A stretch of DNA of 64,000 nucleotides from Escherichia coli. Its GTDB lineage: Bacteria; Pseudomonadota; Gammaproteobacteria; Enterobacterales; Enterobacteriaceae. Numbering within the stretch: the stretch's first letter is position 1; every line of letters starts with the position of its first letter. Positions 31,608 to 41,423 of the stretch are shown here, piece by piece. The stretch is from NCBI RefSeq assembly GCF_024700885.2, contig NZ_CP117016.1; one strand, written 5' to 3'. The translations under genes and the position numbers were made by a program. The notes under the pieces were generated by a model that was not told the origin of the DNA, did not search any database, and was given only the letters and a program-made list of their open reading frames with translations.

Positions 31608-32171
31608 ATGAGGCTAACCGTGGGTAAGTATCACTGGAAAGTAGAAAAACAGCCTGAGTGGTACGTGAAAGCTGTCAGAAAAACTATCGCAGCGTTGCCG
31701 GGTGGTTACGCTGAAGCAGCTGACTGGCTGGATGTAACAGAGAACGCATTATTTAACCGCCTTCGTGCCGATGGCGATCAGATTTTCCCGCTGGGATGGG
31801 CAATGGTTTTACAGCGCGCGGCTGGCACTCACTACATTGCGGATGCTGTCGCACAGTCTGCTGGTGGGGTGTTCGTATCGCTTCCTGAAATTGAGGAAGT
31901 AGAGAACGCCGATATAAACCAGCGCCTGCTGGAAGTCATCGAACAGATCGGGAATTACTCAAAGCAGATTCGTTCGGCAATCGAAGATGGGGTCGTGGAG
32001 CCACACGAGCAGACAGCAATTAATGATGAGTTGTATCTGTCAATTTCGAAGCTCCAGGAGCATGCAGCACTGGTCTACAAAATCTTTTGCGCTCCAGAAA
32101 AGAGTGACGCCCGCGAGTGTGCAGCTCCGGGCGTCGTGGCGTTTTGTGTCTGTGGAGAAACTAACGCATGA
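31608..32171 (+). CDS. CII-like / YdaT-like early regulatory protein
   Basis: 187-aa ORF in the cII position immediately after cro; family assignment is by position and weak resemblance only. Confidence 0.45.
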   Translation: MRLTVGKYHWKVEKQPEWYVKAVRKTIAALPGGYAEAADWLDVTENALFNRLRADGDQIFPLGWAMVLQRAAGTHYIADAVAQSAGGVFVSLPEIEEVENADINQRLLEVIEQIGNYSKQIRSAIEDGVVEPHEQTAINDELYLSISKLQEHAALVYKIFCAPEKSDARECAAPGVVAFCVCGETNA

Positions 32172-33004
32172 ACAGTTTAACGGCAAATAACCGTTTGTCG
32201 CAACAGCTGGTGGTCAGCGTCGCTGAACACCTGTTGTTACGGCATGAATGCAGATTACCAAATCACCTGGCTGTAAGTAACCACAGAGAACTTTACCTGA
32301 CTGTGGGGGGCGAGTTGTGCAAGAACTTAACCGCTGGTTTCGTGACGGAAGAGGGCTTTATGTCCATGTTATTCGTTGGGAGCCAGAAACACAGCGCGTT
32401 ATCTATCTTCGCAAAGACTACCCGCATGAGTGCTTTAGTCCTTTGTGGAAATTCAGGCGTGATTTTGTTGAGTGTGAAGGACCACCAGCACATTGATTCT
32501 GCCATTCCGGGACGTTACACTGTTCAGGCACCTTATAAAGCGGGTGTCGGGATTGGCGTCCTGGAATTGCATACGGCGACAATTGGCGCGTTAGCGTCTT
32601 TTTTGTTGCTACAACTCAGCTATACCCAAATTATGGTGGGCTGGGTGGGGGCACCGAAAGGTGCGCCGGTTTCCGTATGCGCCGGTTACGCCAACCCTGC
32701 TCAGTTCACCACCAGCGAAATTGGCGTTTCCGGTGGTGGAAGTTATCCATTGCATACGGAGGCTGCCATCATGGCTACTGTCCCAGCCCTCTCTCGTCTG
32801 AATGATGAAGACTTACATAAACTCAGTTATGTAACAACTGCACTACGTGCTCTGCGCAAGGTAACTCTTTCGGATCCGCAGGCGCATCAGGTTTTGGTAG
32901 AAACCCTTCTTAACTTGCAGGCTGAACGTATTCGTCTGGCGGATAAGGCTAATTTTCATATTCACCGTCTCCTGAATATCAGCGGAGGGCATCGTCATGC
33001 TTAA
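32168..33004 (+). CDS. phage hypothetical protein
   Basis: 278-aa ORF coupled to neighbours by ATGA overlap; no recognisable domain by eye. Confidence 0.45.
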   Translation: MNSLTANNRLSQQLVVSVAEHLLLRHECRLPNHLAVSNHRELYLTVGGELCKNLTAGFVTEEGFMSMLFVGSQKHSALSIFAKTTRMSALVLCGNSGVILLSVKDHQHIDSAIPGRYTVQAPYKAGVGIGVLELHTATIGALASFLLLQLSYTQIMVGWVGAPKGAPVSVCAGYANPAQFTTSEIGVSGGGSYPLHTEAAIMATVPALSRLNDEDLHKLSYVTTALRALRKVTLSDPQAHQVLVETLLNLQAERIRLADKANFHIHRLLNISGGHRHA

Positions 33005-33233
33005 TCCGTTGATCCTCAATATTTGCCGTTTGCTTCAGCGTAAAAAAACATCAATTCCTACAGTTGGGCAGTGGTACACCACACCTGCAGGGCATGTTCT
33101 ACGTGTTAGCTTGGTTGACCGTGAATGCCAGAAGGTGATTTGTGAACCGCTGGGCCGTAATTACCGCGTCAGTATGCCGCTTATAGCCTTTCGCTCCGGA
33201 AAAAACATGAAGCATCTCGGAGGTGCAGCATGA
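32997..33233 (+). CDS. phage hypothetical small protein
   Basis: 78-aa ORF with GGAGGG RBS; overlaps both neighbours. Confidence 0.4.
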   Translation: MLNPLILNICRLLQRKKTSIPTVGQWYTTPAGHVLRVSLVDRECQKVICEPLGRNYRVSMPLIAFRSGKNMKHLGGAA

Positions 33234-34048
33234 GTATGGAGCTGATGGTTAAAGCGATGAAAATTCGAGTGGGTAATCCATTGCGAAAACTGGTTCTGAT
33301 CAAGCTGGCTGATAATGCCAGCGATCAGGGTGAGTGCTGGCCCAGCTACCAGCATATTGCTGACCAGTGTGAGATTAGCAAACGTTCTGTGATGAATCAT
33401 ATTGCGGCCCTTTGTGAGTCCGGGCTGGTAAAAAAAGTCACCCGGAAAGGTGAAAAAGGTAACTCAAGTAATATCTATCTCCTTCATCTGGATGGTGCAG
33501 GAGATTCACTAGGGGGTAGTGCAAATAATTCACTATCTGGTGCAGCAAATTCACTAGGTAGTGCAGGAGTTGCACCAGGGGGTAGTGCAGGAGATTCACC
33601 CAGAACCAGTCACTCTTTTGAACCAGTCAAAGAACCAGTCAATGAACCAATAGCTGTTGGTGCATCAGTTGATGAGTCCGTGCGAGTTCGTTCAAACCGA
33701 CCGGAATACTCTCCGGAGTTTGAGCAGGCATGGCTGGCATATCCCAAACGTGCTGGTGGCAATTCAAAATCTGCAGCCTTCAAAGCCTGGAAAGCCCGTT
33801 TGAATGAGGGGGTAAACCCCGAAACCATGCTGGAAGGTGTGAAACGCTACGCGGGCTGGGTATCTGCGATGGGTAACAGCGGCACACAATTTGTGAAACA
33901 GGCTGTCACGTTCTTTGGTCCGGATCGTCATTTCGAAGAATCCTGGGAAGTTCCTGCGGTATCTGCAGCTAGACGTGAGGACCCGTACTTCAAAGCCAGT
34001 TACGACAACGTGGACTACAGCCAGATCCCGGCAGGATTCAGGGGGTGA
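33230..34048 (+). CDS. putative replication initiation protein (N-terminal winged-helix, Gly/Ser linker)
   Basis: 272-aa ORF; N-terminal segment LVLIKLADNASDQGECWPSYQHIADQCEISKRSVMNHIAAL resembles phage replication-initiator HTH domains; low-complexity GGSANNSLSGAANSLGS linker. Confidence 0.55.
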   Translation: MSMELMVKAMKIRVGNPLRKLVLIKLADNASDQGECWPSYQHIADQCEISKRSVMNHIAALCESGLVKKVTRKGEKGNSSNIYLLHLDGAGDSLGGSANNSLSGAANSLGSAGVAPGGSAGDSPRTSHSFEPVKEPVNEPIAVGASVDESVRVRSNRPEYSPEFEQAWLAYPKRAGGNSKSAAFKAWKARLNEGVNPETMLEGVKRYAGWVSAMGNSGTQFVKQAVTFFGPDRHFEESWEVPAVSAARREDPYFKASYDNVDYSQIPAGFRG

Positions 34049-34050
34049 TC

Positions 34051-34539
34051 ATGAGTCTTTTGAATGAAGTTCAGAAATTCATTGAAGCCCATCCGGGGTG
34101 TACTTCCGGAGACATTGCGGATGCTTTTGCAGGTTACTCACGGCAGCGCGTTCTGCAGTCAGCAAGCAAGTTACGTCAGAGTGGGCGTGTGGCTCACCGT
34201 TGTGAAGGAGATACACGCAGACATTTCCCACGCCTGACTGAGAGAGCGCAGGAGCCGGAACCACAACCAGTTCGTGAAACCAGACCTGTGCGCAATTTCT
34301 ATGTCGGCACTAACGATCCCCGGGTGATTTTGTGCCTGACCCGCCAGGCGGAAGAACTGGAGTCCAGGGGCTTATACCGTCGTGCTGCAACGGTGTGGAT
34401 GGCGGCATTCCGTGAAAGCTACTCCCAGCCAGAACGAAACAATTTTCTGGCGCGTCGTGAACGGTGTTTACGGAAAAGCAGTAAGCGGGCTGCATCAGGT
34501 GAAGAGTGGTATCTGTCAGGGAATTACGTGGGGGCTTAA
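34051..34539 (+). CDS. PerC-family transcriptional activator-like protein
   Basis: 162-aa ORF; segment AEELESRGLYRRAATVWMAAF matches the PerC-family core as I recall it. Confidence 0.5.
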   Translation: MSLLNEVQKFIEAHPGCTSGDIADAFAGYSRQRVLQSASKLRQSGRVAHRCEGDTRRHFPRLTERAQEPEPQPVRETRPVRNFYVGTNDPRVILCLTRQAEELESRGLYRRAATVWMAAFRESYSQPERNNFLARRERCLRKSSKRAASGEEWYLSGNYVGA

Positions 34540-34865
34540 TGACGACGTTAACTCAATGCCAGCAGCAGGTGCTGGATATGCTGATTTCTTACCAGAAAGA
34601 ACGTGGCTTCCCGCCAACCAATCAGGAGGTGGCAACCATGCTGGGATACCGTTCGGTGAATGCAGCGGTGGAGCATCTTCGCGCACTGGAGAAAAAAGGC
34701 GTCATCACGATAAAGCGTGGCGTGGCCCGGGGGATAACGCTTCATACCGCGGTGAAGGACGACGACAGCGAGGCTGTCGGGATTATCCGCTCACTGCTTG
34801 CCGGTGAGGAAAACGCAAGGCTGCGTGCAACCCACTGGCTACATGAGAGAGGCCTGAAAGTATGA
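34539..34865 (+). CDS. small protein with LexA-type N-terminal DNA-binding domain
   Basis: 108-aa ORF (MTTLTQCQQQVLDMLISYQKERGFPPTNQEVATMLGYRSVNAAVEHLRALEKKGVI...) closely resembling the LexA winged-helix domain; no peptidase domain. Confidence 0.55.
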   Translation: MTTLTQCQQQVLDMLISYQKERGFPPTNQEVATMLGYRSVNAAVEHLRALEKKGVITIKRGVARGITLHTAVKDDDSEAVGIIRSLLAGEENARLRATHWLHERGLKV

Positions 34866-35251
34866 AACTGATCCTGCCTTTCCCGCCCAGCGTGAATACG
34901 TACTGGCGACACCCTAACAAAGGGGCGTTTGCTGGTAAAAGCCTGATAAGCACGGCGGGGCGCAAATTCCAGAGCGCGGCGTGCGCAGCAATAGTTGAGC
35001 AGTTACGTCGTCTGCCGAAACCAACGTCGGCACCTGCTTCAGTGGAGATCGTGTTGTTTCCTCCGGATAACCGGATCCGCGATCTGGACAACTATAACAA
35101 GGCACTGTTTGACGCCCTGACCCACGCGGGTGTGTGGGAAGACGACAGTCAGGTGAAAAGAATGCTGGTGGAGTGGGGACCGGTTATCCCGGAAGGGAAG
35201 GTCGAGATCACTATCAGTAAGTACGAGAAAACGGCGGGTGCAGCCGCCTGA
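34862..35251 (+). CDS. rusA: Holliday-junction resolvase RusA
   Basis: 129-aa ORF with the RusA signature (PPSVNTYWR..., DLDNYNKALFDAL). Confidence 0.85.
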   Translation: MKLILPFPPSVNTYWRHPNKGAFAGKSLISTAGRKFQSAACAAIVEQLRRLPKPTSAPASVEIVLFPPDNRIRDLDNYNKALFDALTHAGVWEDDSQVKRMLVEWGPVIPEGKVEITISKYEKTAGAAA

Positions 35252-35270
35252 TTAAGAGGAGAAACGAAGT

Positions 35271-36080
35271 ATGAATAATCTGATGGTCATTGATGGTATT
35301 GAAGTTCGTCGTGATGCTTATGGACGTTATAGCCTGAACGATCTGCATCGCGCAGCAGTAGCATCTGGTGCAAATGCCAGAACCAAGGAGCCAGGAAAGT
35401 TTCTTTCCAGCCAACAAACTGTTGAGCTTGTTCATGAATTGACCAACACCCAGAATTTGGGTGTTGACCCGGTGAGTGTGATTCATGGGGGAAATGAACG
35501 GGGAACGTATGTCTGTAAGGAACTGGTGTATGCCTATGCAATGTGGATCAGCCCGTCATTCCATCTGAAGGTGATCCGTACTTTCGATATGGTAACCAGC
35601 GCACCGGAAAAATTATCCGGGCAGGCTGCTGACAAGATGCAGGCTGGAGTGATTCTGCTGGACTTTATGCGCAGGGAGTTAAACCTGTCTAACTCATCTG
35701 TGCTTGGGGCCTGTCAGAAACTCCAGGAGGCTGTTGGCTTACCGAATCTGGCACCGCGTTATGCCATTGATGCTCCTGCTGACGCGCCTGATGGCTCAAG
35801 CCGCCCCACGCTGTCACTGAGTGCACTGCTGAAGCAGTATGGTATCCGCCTGACGGCTAATCAGGCATATCACCAGATGGCGAAGCTGGGGATCGTCGAA
35901 CAGCGCGAACGATACAGCCGTACAGCGATTAACAACATCAAAAAATTCTGGTCGCTGACAGCGAAAGGCTGCATGTTCGGCAAGAACATCACCAGTCCCG
36001 CAAATCCGCGCGAGACGCAGCCGCATTTCTTCGAATCCCGATTCCCTGAGCTGTTAAAGCTGCTCGATACCGTTCATTGA
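35271..36080 (+). CDS. KilA-N domain protein
   Basis: 269-aa ORF; N-terminal KilA-N-like region (MVIDGIEVRRDAYGRYSLNDLHRAA...); AAGAGGAG RBS. Confidence 0.7.
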   Translation: MNNLMVIDGIEVRRDAYGRYSLNDLHRAAVASGANARTKEPGKFLSSQQTVELVHELTNTQNLGVDPVSVIHGGNERGTYVCKELVYAYAMWISPSFHLKVIRTFDMVTSAPEKLSGQAADKMQAGVILLDFMRRELNLSNSSVLGACQKLQEAVGLPNLAPRYAIDAPADAPDGSSRPTLSLSALLKQYGIRLTANQAYHQMAKLGIVEQRERYSRTAINNIKKFWSLTAKGCMFGKNITSPANPRETQPHFFESRFPELLKLLDTVH

Positions 36081-36081
36081 G

Positions 36082-37077
36082 GTGACCGTGAGAGCACTAC
36101 TGACCCCTGAAATTGCCCCGCGTATGGGGATCGTATTGTTCAGGCCAGGTTCAGAGCTGATGCCCCTGTTTATGCAGGGGCGTGTCCTGCTGGAGCCTGA
36201 GCCGGAACGTTATTCATCTTTCGCCAGTGGTGCCGTTCCGGCGGCATCACAACCGCTGGCGGATGATCCTGCCGTTCGGGCCGTGTTCCGCAATGAGGCA
36301 GTGATCCGTCGTGCTGGTGGCGTGGAATGTCTTGAAAGCTGGTTACTTCGTGAAAAAGGCTGCCAGTGGCCTCATTCCGACTGGCACAGCGAGAACATGA
36401 CCACAATGCGACACGCGCCGGGCGCAATCCGTCTGTGCTGGCACTGCGATAACCAGCTGCGCGATCAGTTCACGGAACGGCTGGAATCAATGGCAACGGA
36501 TAACTGTGCCCGCTGGGTGTTGTCTGTTGTGCGTCGGGATCTCGGTTTTGATGACAGTCACGTTGTGACAATGCCGGAACTGTGCTGGTGGCTGATTCGT
36601 AATGACCTGGCGGATGCCTTACCGGAAAGTGCAGCCCGTAAGGCACTGAGATTACCAAAGCCTGTTGTGCCGTCTGTCACCCGGGAAAGTGACCTTGTGC
36701 CTTCGGTTCCTGCCACCAGCATCATCCAGGATAAAGCGAAAAAGGTGCTGGCGCTGAAAGTGGATCCGGAGTCGCCGGAGTCTTTTATGTTACGCCCAAA
36801 ACGTCGCCGCTGGGTTAATGAAAAGTACACGCGCTGGGTTAAGACACAGCCGTGTGCATGTTGTGGAAAGCCCGCTGATGATCCCCACCACCTGATAGGT
36901 CACGGTCAGGGTGGAATGGGAACAAAAGCGCATGACCTCTTTGTGTTGCCTTTGTGCAGAAAGCATCACGACGAGCTGCATGCGGATACCGTGGCATTTG
37001 AAGAGAAGTATGGCTCTCAGCTGGAGCTGATATTTCGTTTTATCGATCGTGCGCTGGCAATTGGCGTATTGGCGTAA
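36082..37077 (+). CDS. DUF968-family phage protein
   Basis: 331-aa ORF (GTG start as listed, or ATG at 36124) with C-terminal C-x-C-C ... H-H motif (CACCGKPADDPHHLIGHG...LCRKHHDELH). Confidence 0.65.
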   Translation: MTVRALLTPEIAPRMGIVLFRPGSELMPLFMQGRVLLEPEPERYSSFASGAVPAASQPLADDPAVRAVFRNEAVIRRAGGVECLESWLLREKGCQWPHSDWHSENMTTMRHAPGAIRLCWHCDNQLRDQFTERLESMATDNCARWVLSVVRRDLGFDDSHVVTMPELCWWLIRNDLADALPESAARKALRLPKPVVPSVTRESDLVPSVPATSIIQDKAKKVLALKVDPESPESFMLRPKRRRWVNEKYTRWVKTQPCACCGKPADDPHHLIGHGQGGMGTKAHDLFVLPLCRKHHDELHADTVAFEEKYGSQLELIFRFIDRALAIGVLA

Positions 37078-37090
37078 GTGGAGAACGAGC

Positions 37091-37843
37091 ATGAACCTTG
37101 AAGCCTTACCAAAATATTACTCCCCAAAATCTCCAAAATTGAGCGATGACGCACCGGCGACAGGCTCAGGTGGTTTAACGATTACGGATGTGATGGCTGC
37201 GCAGGGGATGGTGCAGTCGAAAGCACCGCTTGGGTTTGCCTTATTCCTGGCAAAAGTTGGTGTTCAGGATCCTCAATTTGCGATTGAAGGTCTGCTCAAT
37301 TACGCGATGGCACTGGATAACCCGACATTGAACAAATTGAGTGAAGAAACCCGGTTACAGATCATCCCTTACCTTGTGAATTTTGCCTTTGCTGATTATT
37401 CCAGGTCTGCGGCAAGTAAGGCTCGCTGTGAGCATTGTGCTGGTACTGGATTTCATAATGTATTGCGCGAAGTGGTGAAACACTCCAGAAGCGGGGAATC
37501 TGTTATCAAGGAAGAGTGGGTGAAGGAACTATGTCAGCATTGTCATGGTAAGGGAGAAGTCAGCACAGCGTGCAGAGGGTGTAAGGGTAAAGGTATTGTC
37601 CTGGATGAAAAAAGGACCCGGCTTCATGGCACGCCTGTTTATAAGATTTGTGGGCGTTGCAATGGAAACCGGTTTAGCCGTTTACCAACCACACTGGCGC
37701 GGCATCATGTCCAGAAGCTGGTACCAGACCTGACGGATTATCAGTGGTACAAAGGATATGCAGATGTCATTGATAAACTGGTTACAAAGTGCTGGCAGGA
37801 AGAAGCATATGCAGAGATACAATTGAGAAATGTGACAAGATAA
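37091..37843 (+). CDS. putative late-gene antiterminator (Q-like, zinc-finger rich)
   Basis: 250-aa ORF from ATG 37091 (GGAG RBS); several CxxC pairs (CEHCAGTG, CQHCHGKG, CRGCKGKG, CGRCNG); sits immediately upstream of the tR'-like terminator and lysis cassette. Confidence 0.45.
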   Translation: MNLEALPKYYSPKSPKLSDDAPATGSGGLTITDVMAAQGMVQSKAPLGFALFLAKVGVQDPQFAIEGLLNYAMALDNPTLNKLSEETRLQIIPYLVNFAFADYSRSAASKARCEHCAGTGFHNVLREVVKHSRSGESVIKEEWVKELCQHCHGKGEVSTACRGCKGKGIVLDEKRTRLHGTPVYKICGRCNGNRFSRLPTTLARHHVQKLVPDLTDYQWYKGYADVIDKLVTKCWQEEAYAEIQLRNVTR

Positions 37844-37950
37844 ATGGTTTTCGCCGAAGATGACGACATGATGCTTGCATTTTTCAAAAAATATGGATAA
37901 GATTTTCCCAACGATGGGCTTTGTATGTCTACCGTTGATAAGATTTAAGA

Positions 37951-37975
37951 ACCCGCCACTGAGCGGGTTTTTTTG
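37951..37975 (+). terminator. rho-independent terminator (tR'-like), copy 1
   Basis: acccgc-cactga-gcgggt hairpin followed by T7. Confidence 0.7.
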
Positions 37976-38132
37976 TGCCAGATGTCTCATGAAACTATGA
38001 AATGGATTGGTGCGTTAAACATTTTTTCTTATTATCTTTTAGATTTTGGAGAGATGGTTAACGTCTGTATTCCAGAAACTCGATGATTATTTAATAAATT
38101 AGTTTCAATGATGCTTCTAGGTTATGACTGTA

Positions 38133-38549
38133 ATGAAAAAGGTATTAATAGCAGCGATAGGTTTTTGTTTAGTTGGTTGTGCAGGTATGAAATTACCTGA
38201 GTATTCGCAAGTTAAAGCAAGTCCGTATTATACAGATTGCCGTGCGTTTGCCATGGATGTTTATAAAAATGATGGATACAGCAAAATTGCGAAAACTACT
38301 ATCCTTAGCATGGATGATGTGAAGGCTAGATATATTGTGACAGGGTGTGTAGTTGCTATGGGGAAAAACACTGTAGAGGAAATCAAAGCTGATCTCTCTG
38401 CTAAAGGGAGTTCTTTTGGGCTTATCAGTGGAGCTTGTTCTAGTGCGGCATGTCGGGTTGATGTAGAGCAGCAAATGAACGCTTATGTACTTGGTAGTTA
38501 TTATGCTGCAAATAAAAAATTCCCGGATAAAATGAAAGCAGAGTTTTAA
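38133..38549 (+). CDS. AT-rich lipoprotein (moron)
   Basis: Signal peptide with lipobox MKKVLIAAIGFCLVGC; ~138 aa from ATG 38133 (ORF from 38124); markedly AT-rich; bracketed by two copies of the same terminator. Confidence 0.7.
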   Translation: MKKVLIAAIGFCLVGCAGMKLPEYSQVKASPYYTDCRAFAMDVYKNDGYSKIAKTTILSMDDVKARYIVTGCVVAMGKNTVEEIKADLSAKGSSFGLISGACSSAACRVDVEQQMNAYVLGSYYAANKKFPDKMKAEF

Positions 38550-38627
38550 GTAAACCTTGTTTTCGATTATATGTCGAAGATAAATGTTAGTAACGGCATA
38601 ATAAGTAAATATATAGCTGTGATAGCA

Positions 38628-38650
38628 ACCCGCCACTGAGCGGGTTTTTT
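38628..38650 (+). terminator. rho-independent terminator, copy 2 (duplicate of 37951-37975)
   Basis: Identical acccgccactgagcgggt hairpin followed by T6. Confidence 0.7.
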
Positions 38651-38748
38651 GTACCTGTAAACTTGGTGCAGTACAGTAAACACGCTGGTGGTCGTGAATA
38701 CTGACTTTTTATCTTGCTGGCTTTTTAGACAAGAGTTATTGGTATGTC

Positions 38749-38976
38749 ATGTTAACCAGAAGGGAAAAAGACATGCTAAAACAGCAAGATATGACAGAAA
38801 CCGCCGCCGCAGTCCTTCATTTCTTACCTGCTGACAAGTGGGTAACGCCACGCATGATGACGAGAACTACCGGAGTAAGCGAAGCCCGGTGCCAGTTAAT
38901 ACTGACTCAGTTAGTTCTGGCGGGTCTGGCGAAGGATAACGGCGGGTACGGGAATAAATTCAGACGCTGCCAGTAA
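38749..38976 (+). CDS. small putative DNA-binding protein
   Basis: 75-aa ORF (MLTRREKDMLKQQDMTETAAAVLHFLPADKWVTPRMMTRTTGVSEARCQLILTQLVLAGLAKDNGG...) with a winged-helix-like segment. Confidence 0.4.
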   Translation: MLTRREKDMLKQQDMTETAAAVLHFLPADKWVTPRMMTRTTGVSEARCQLILTQLVLAGLAKDNGGYGNKFRRCQ

Positions 38977-39126
38977 TGGCGGTTTCCTGCTGTGAAAATG
39001 GGCGGCTGGTGGGTGTTGGTAGCACCTGCCAGCCATTCGCTCATGCTTACTGGTCACAAGCGAACCATGGCCCACTGCTTTAGCGCAAAAGCAGAGTGAG
39101 CCTACCAGAGTTACGCTTACTGATTC

Positions 39127-40179
39127 ATGAAAAATACTGTAAAAATAAACAGTGTTGATTTAATCAACGCTGATTGCCTGCATTTTATTCAGTCCCTGCC
39201 TGATGATTCCATTGACCTGATTGTTACCGATCCGCCGTACTTCAAGGTGAAACCCAACGGCTGGGACAATCAGTGGAAAGGGGACGAAGATTACCTTAAG
39301 TGGCTGGACCACTGTCTGGCCCAGTTCTGGCGGGTGTTAAAACCTGCCGGAAGCCTTTACCTGTTCTGTGGGCATCGCCTGGCATCTGATATTGAGATCA
39401 TGATGCGTGAACGTTTCAACGTGCTTAACCATATCATCTGGGCGAAGCCGTCCGGACGTTGGAATGGGTGTAATAAAGAAAGTCTGCGCGCATATTTTCC
39501 TGCCACAGAGCGCGTTCTGTTTGCTGAACATTACCAGGGGCCATATCGCGGCAAAAGTGACGGCTATGCAGCAAAAGAAAGGGAACTCAAACAGCACATA
39601 ATGGCACCGCTGATATCGTATTTCAGGGATGCTCGTGCCGAACTGGGTATAACGGCAAAACAAATTGCCGAAGCCACAGGTAAGAAAAATATGGTTTCCC
39701 ACTGGTTTGGTGCCAGTCAGTGGCAGTTGCCGAATGAGGCTGACTATCGGAAGTTACAGGCACTGTTTTCCCGTATAGCGGCAGAGAAGTTTCAGGAACA
39801 ACAACTGGAACAACCACACCACCAGCTGGTGGCATCTTATGATTCACTGAATCGTAAATATTCTGAATTGCTGGATGAGTTTAAATCTCTCCGGCGCTAT
39901 TTCTCCGTATCAGTCTCCGTGCCTTATACCGATGTCTGGATGCATAAACCCGTTCAGTTCTACCCGGGGAAACATCCGTGTGAGAAACCGGCGGATATGC
40001 TCAGGCAAATAATCAATGCCAGTAGTCGACCTGGTGATCTGGTTGCTGATTTTTTTATGGGATCCGGTTCCACAATAAAAGCAGCAATGGCGCTGGGGCG
40101 TCGGGCCTTAGGTGTTGAGCTTGAGTCAGAGCGGTTTAACCAGACAGTGAAAGAGATAAACGAGCTGGTGGGGAAATAA
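39127..40179 (+). CDS. orphan DNA methyltransferase (N6-adenine or N4-cytosine class, DPPY motif)
   Basis: 350-aa ORF; catalytic motif IVTDPPYF near the N-terminus and a C-terminal SAM-binding region (FFMGSGST); no adjacent restriction endonuclease gene. Confidence 0.85.
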
Positions 40180-40246
40180 TCTGGTGGCCACGTCAGGTGG
40201 CCTTTTTATTTCCATTACACAGCACCCGCATCTGCGAGGTGGGGTT

Positions 40247-40462
40247 ATGAAATCCATGGATAAGTTAACAACGGGTGTCGCCTATGGCACCTCAGCAGGT
40301 AGTGCCGGGTACTGGTTTTTACAGTTGCTCGATAAAGTCACGCCCTCACAGTGGGCGGCAATAGGTGTGCTGGGTAGTCTGGTATTTGGCCTGCTGACGT
40401 ACCTGACAAACCTTTATTTCAAGATTAAAGAAGATAAGCGCAAGGCTGCGAGAGGTGAATAA
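40247..40462 (+). CDS. class II holin (phage 21 S-type pinholin)
   Basis: 71-aa [32 protein letters not shown]... with dual-start motif M-K-S-M and two TM segments; near-identical to S21 as I recall it. Confidence 0.8.
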
Positions 40463-40959
40463 TGCCTCCATCATTACGAAAAGCAGTTGCTGCTGCTATT
40501 GGTGGCGGAGCAATTGCTATAGCATCAGTGTTAATCACTGGCCCAAGTGGTGACGATGGCCTGGAAGGTGTCAGCTACATACCATACAAAGATATCGTTG
40601 GCGTATGGACTGTATGTCACGGACACACCGGAAAAGACATCATGCTCGGTAAAACGTATACCGAAGCAGAATGCAAAGCCCTCCTGAATAAAGACCTTGC
40701 CACGGTTGCCAGACAAATTAACCCGTACATCAAAGTCGATATACCGGAAACAACGCGCGGCGCTCTTTACTCGTTCGTCTATAACGTGGGCGCAGGCAAT
40801 TTCAGAACATCTACTCTTCTTCGCAAAATAAACCAGGGCGATATCAAGGGCGCATGTGACCAGCTACGTCGCTGGGCATACGCTGGCGGTAAGCAATGGA
40901 AAGGCCTGATGACTCGTCGTGAGATTGAGCGTGAGGTCTGTTTGTGGGGGCAACAATGA
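40462..40959 (+). CDS. SAR endolysin (lysozyme, phage 21 R-type)
   Basis: 165-aa ORF with N-terminal Gly/Ala-rich signal-anchor-release segment ([20 protein letters not shown]) and a T4-lysozyme-like domain. Confidence 0.85.
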   Translation: MPPSLRKAVAAAIGGGAIAIASVLITGPSGDDGLEGVSYIPYKDIVGVWTVCHGHTGKDIMLGKTYTEAECKALLNKDLATVARQINPYIKVDIPETTRGALYSFVYNVGAGNFRTSTLLRKINQGDIKGACDQLRRWAYAGGKQWKGLMTRREIEREVCLWGQQ

Positions 40960-41423
40960 GCAGGGTAACCGCGATTATCTCCGCTCTGGTTATCTGCATC
41001 ATCGTCTGCCTGTCATGGGCTGTTAATCATTACCGTGATAATGCAATCGCCTACAAAGAACAGCGCGATAACAAGGCCAGTGAACTGGAGAAGGCGAACG
41101 CCACCATTACTGACATGCAGCAGCGCCAGCGTGATGCTGATGCACTCGATGATAAATACACGAAGGAGTTAGCTGATGCGAAAGCTGAAAATGATGCTCT
41201 TCGGCGCAAGCTTGATAATGGTGGTCGGGTGCTCGTCAAAGGAAAATGCCCTGTGCCATCCTCAGCCGAAACCTCCAGCGCCTCCGGCATGGGCAATGAT
41301 GCCACCGTCGAACTCTCTCCAGTTGCTGGACGAAACGTTCTCGGTATCCGGGACGGAATTATCCGCGACCAAACAGCACTGAGAACGCTTCAGGAATACA
41401 TCAGGACGCAATGCCTTCGATGA
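40956..41423 (+). CDS. i-spanin (Rz)
   Basis: ATG at 40956 overlapping the endolysin stop; N-terminal TM segment then coiled-coil-like periplasmic region. Confidence 0.75.
   Translation: MSRVTAIISALVICIIVCLSWAVNHYRDNAIAYKEQRDNKASELEKANATITDMQQRQRDADALDDKYTKELADAKAENDALRRKLDNGGRVLVKGKCPVPSSAETSSASGMGNDATVELSPVAGRNVLGIRDGIIRDQTALRTLQEYIRTQCLR
41176..41382 (+). CDS. o-spanin (Rz1), embedded in the +1 frame of Rz
   Basis: 68-aa ORF entirely within Rz; lipobox (LIMVVGCSS) and Pro-rich mature part ([16 protein letters not shown]). Confidence 0.65.
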   Translation: MRKLKMMLFGASLIMVVGCSSKENALCHPQPKPPAPPAWAMMPPSNSLQLLDETFSVSGTELSATKQH

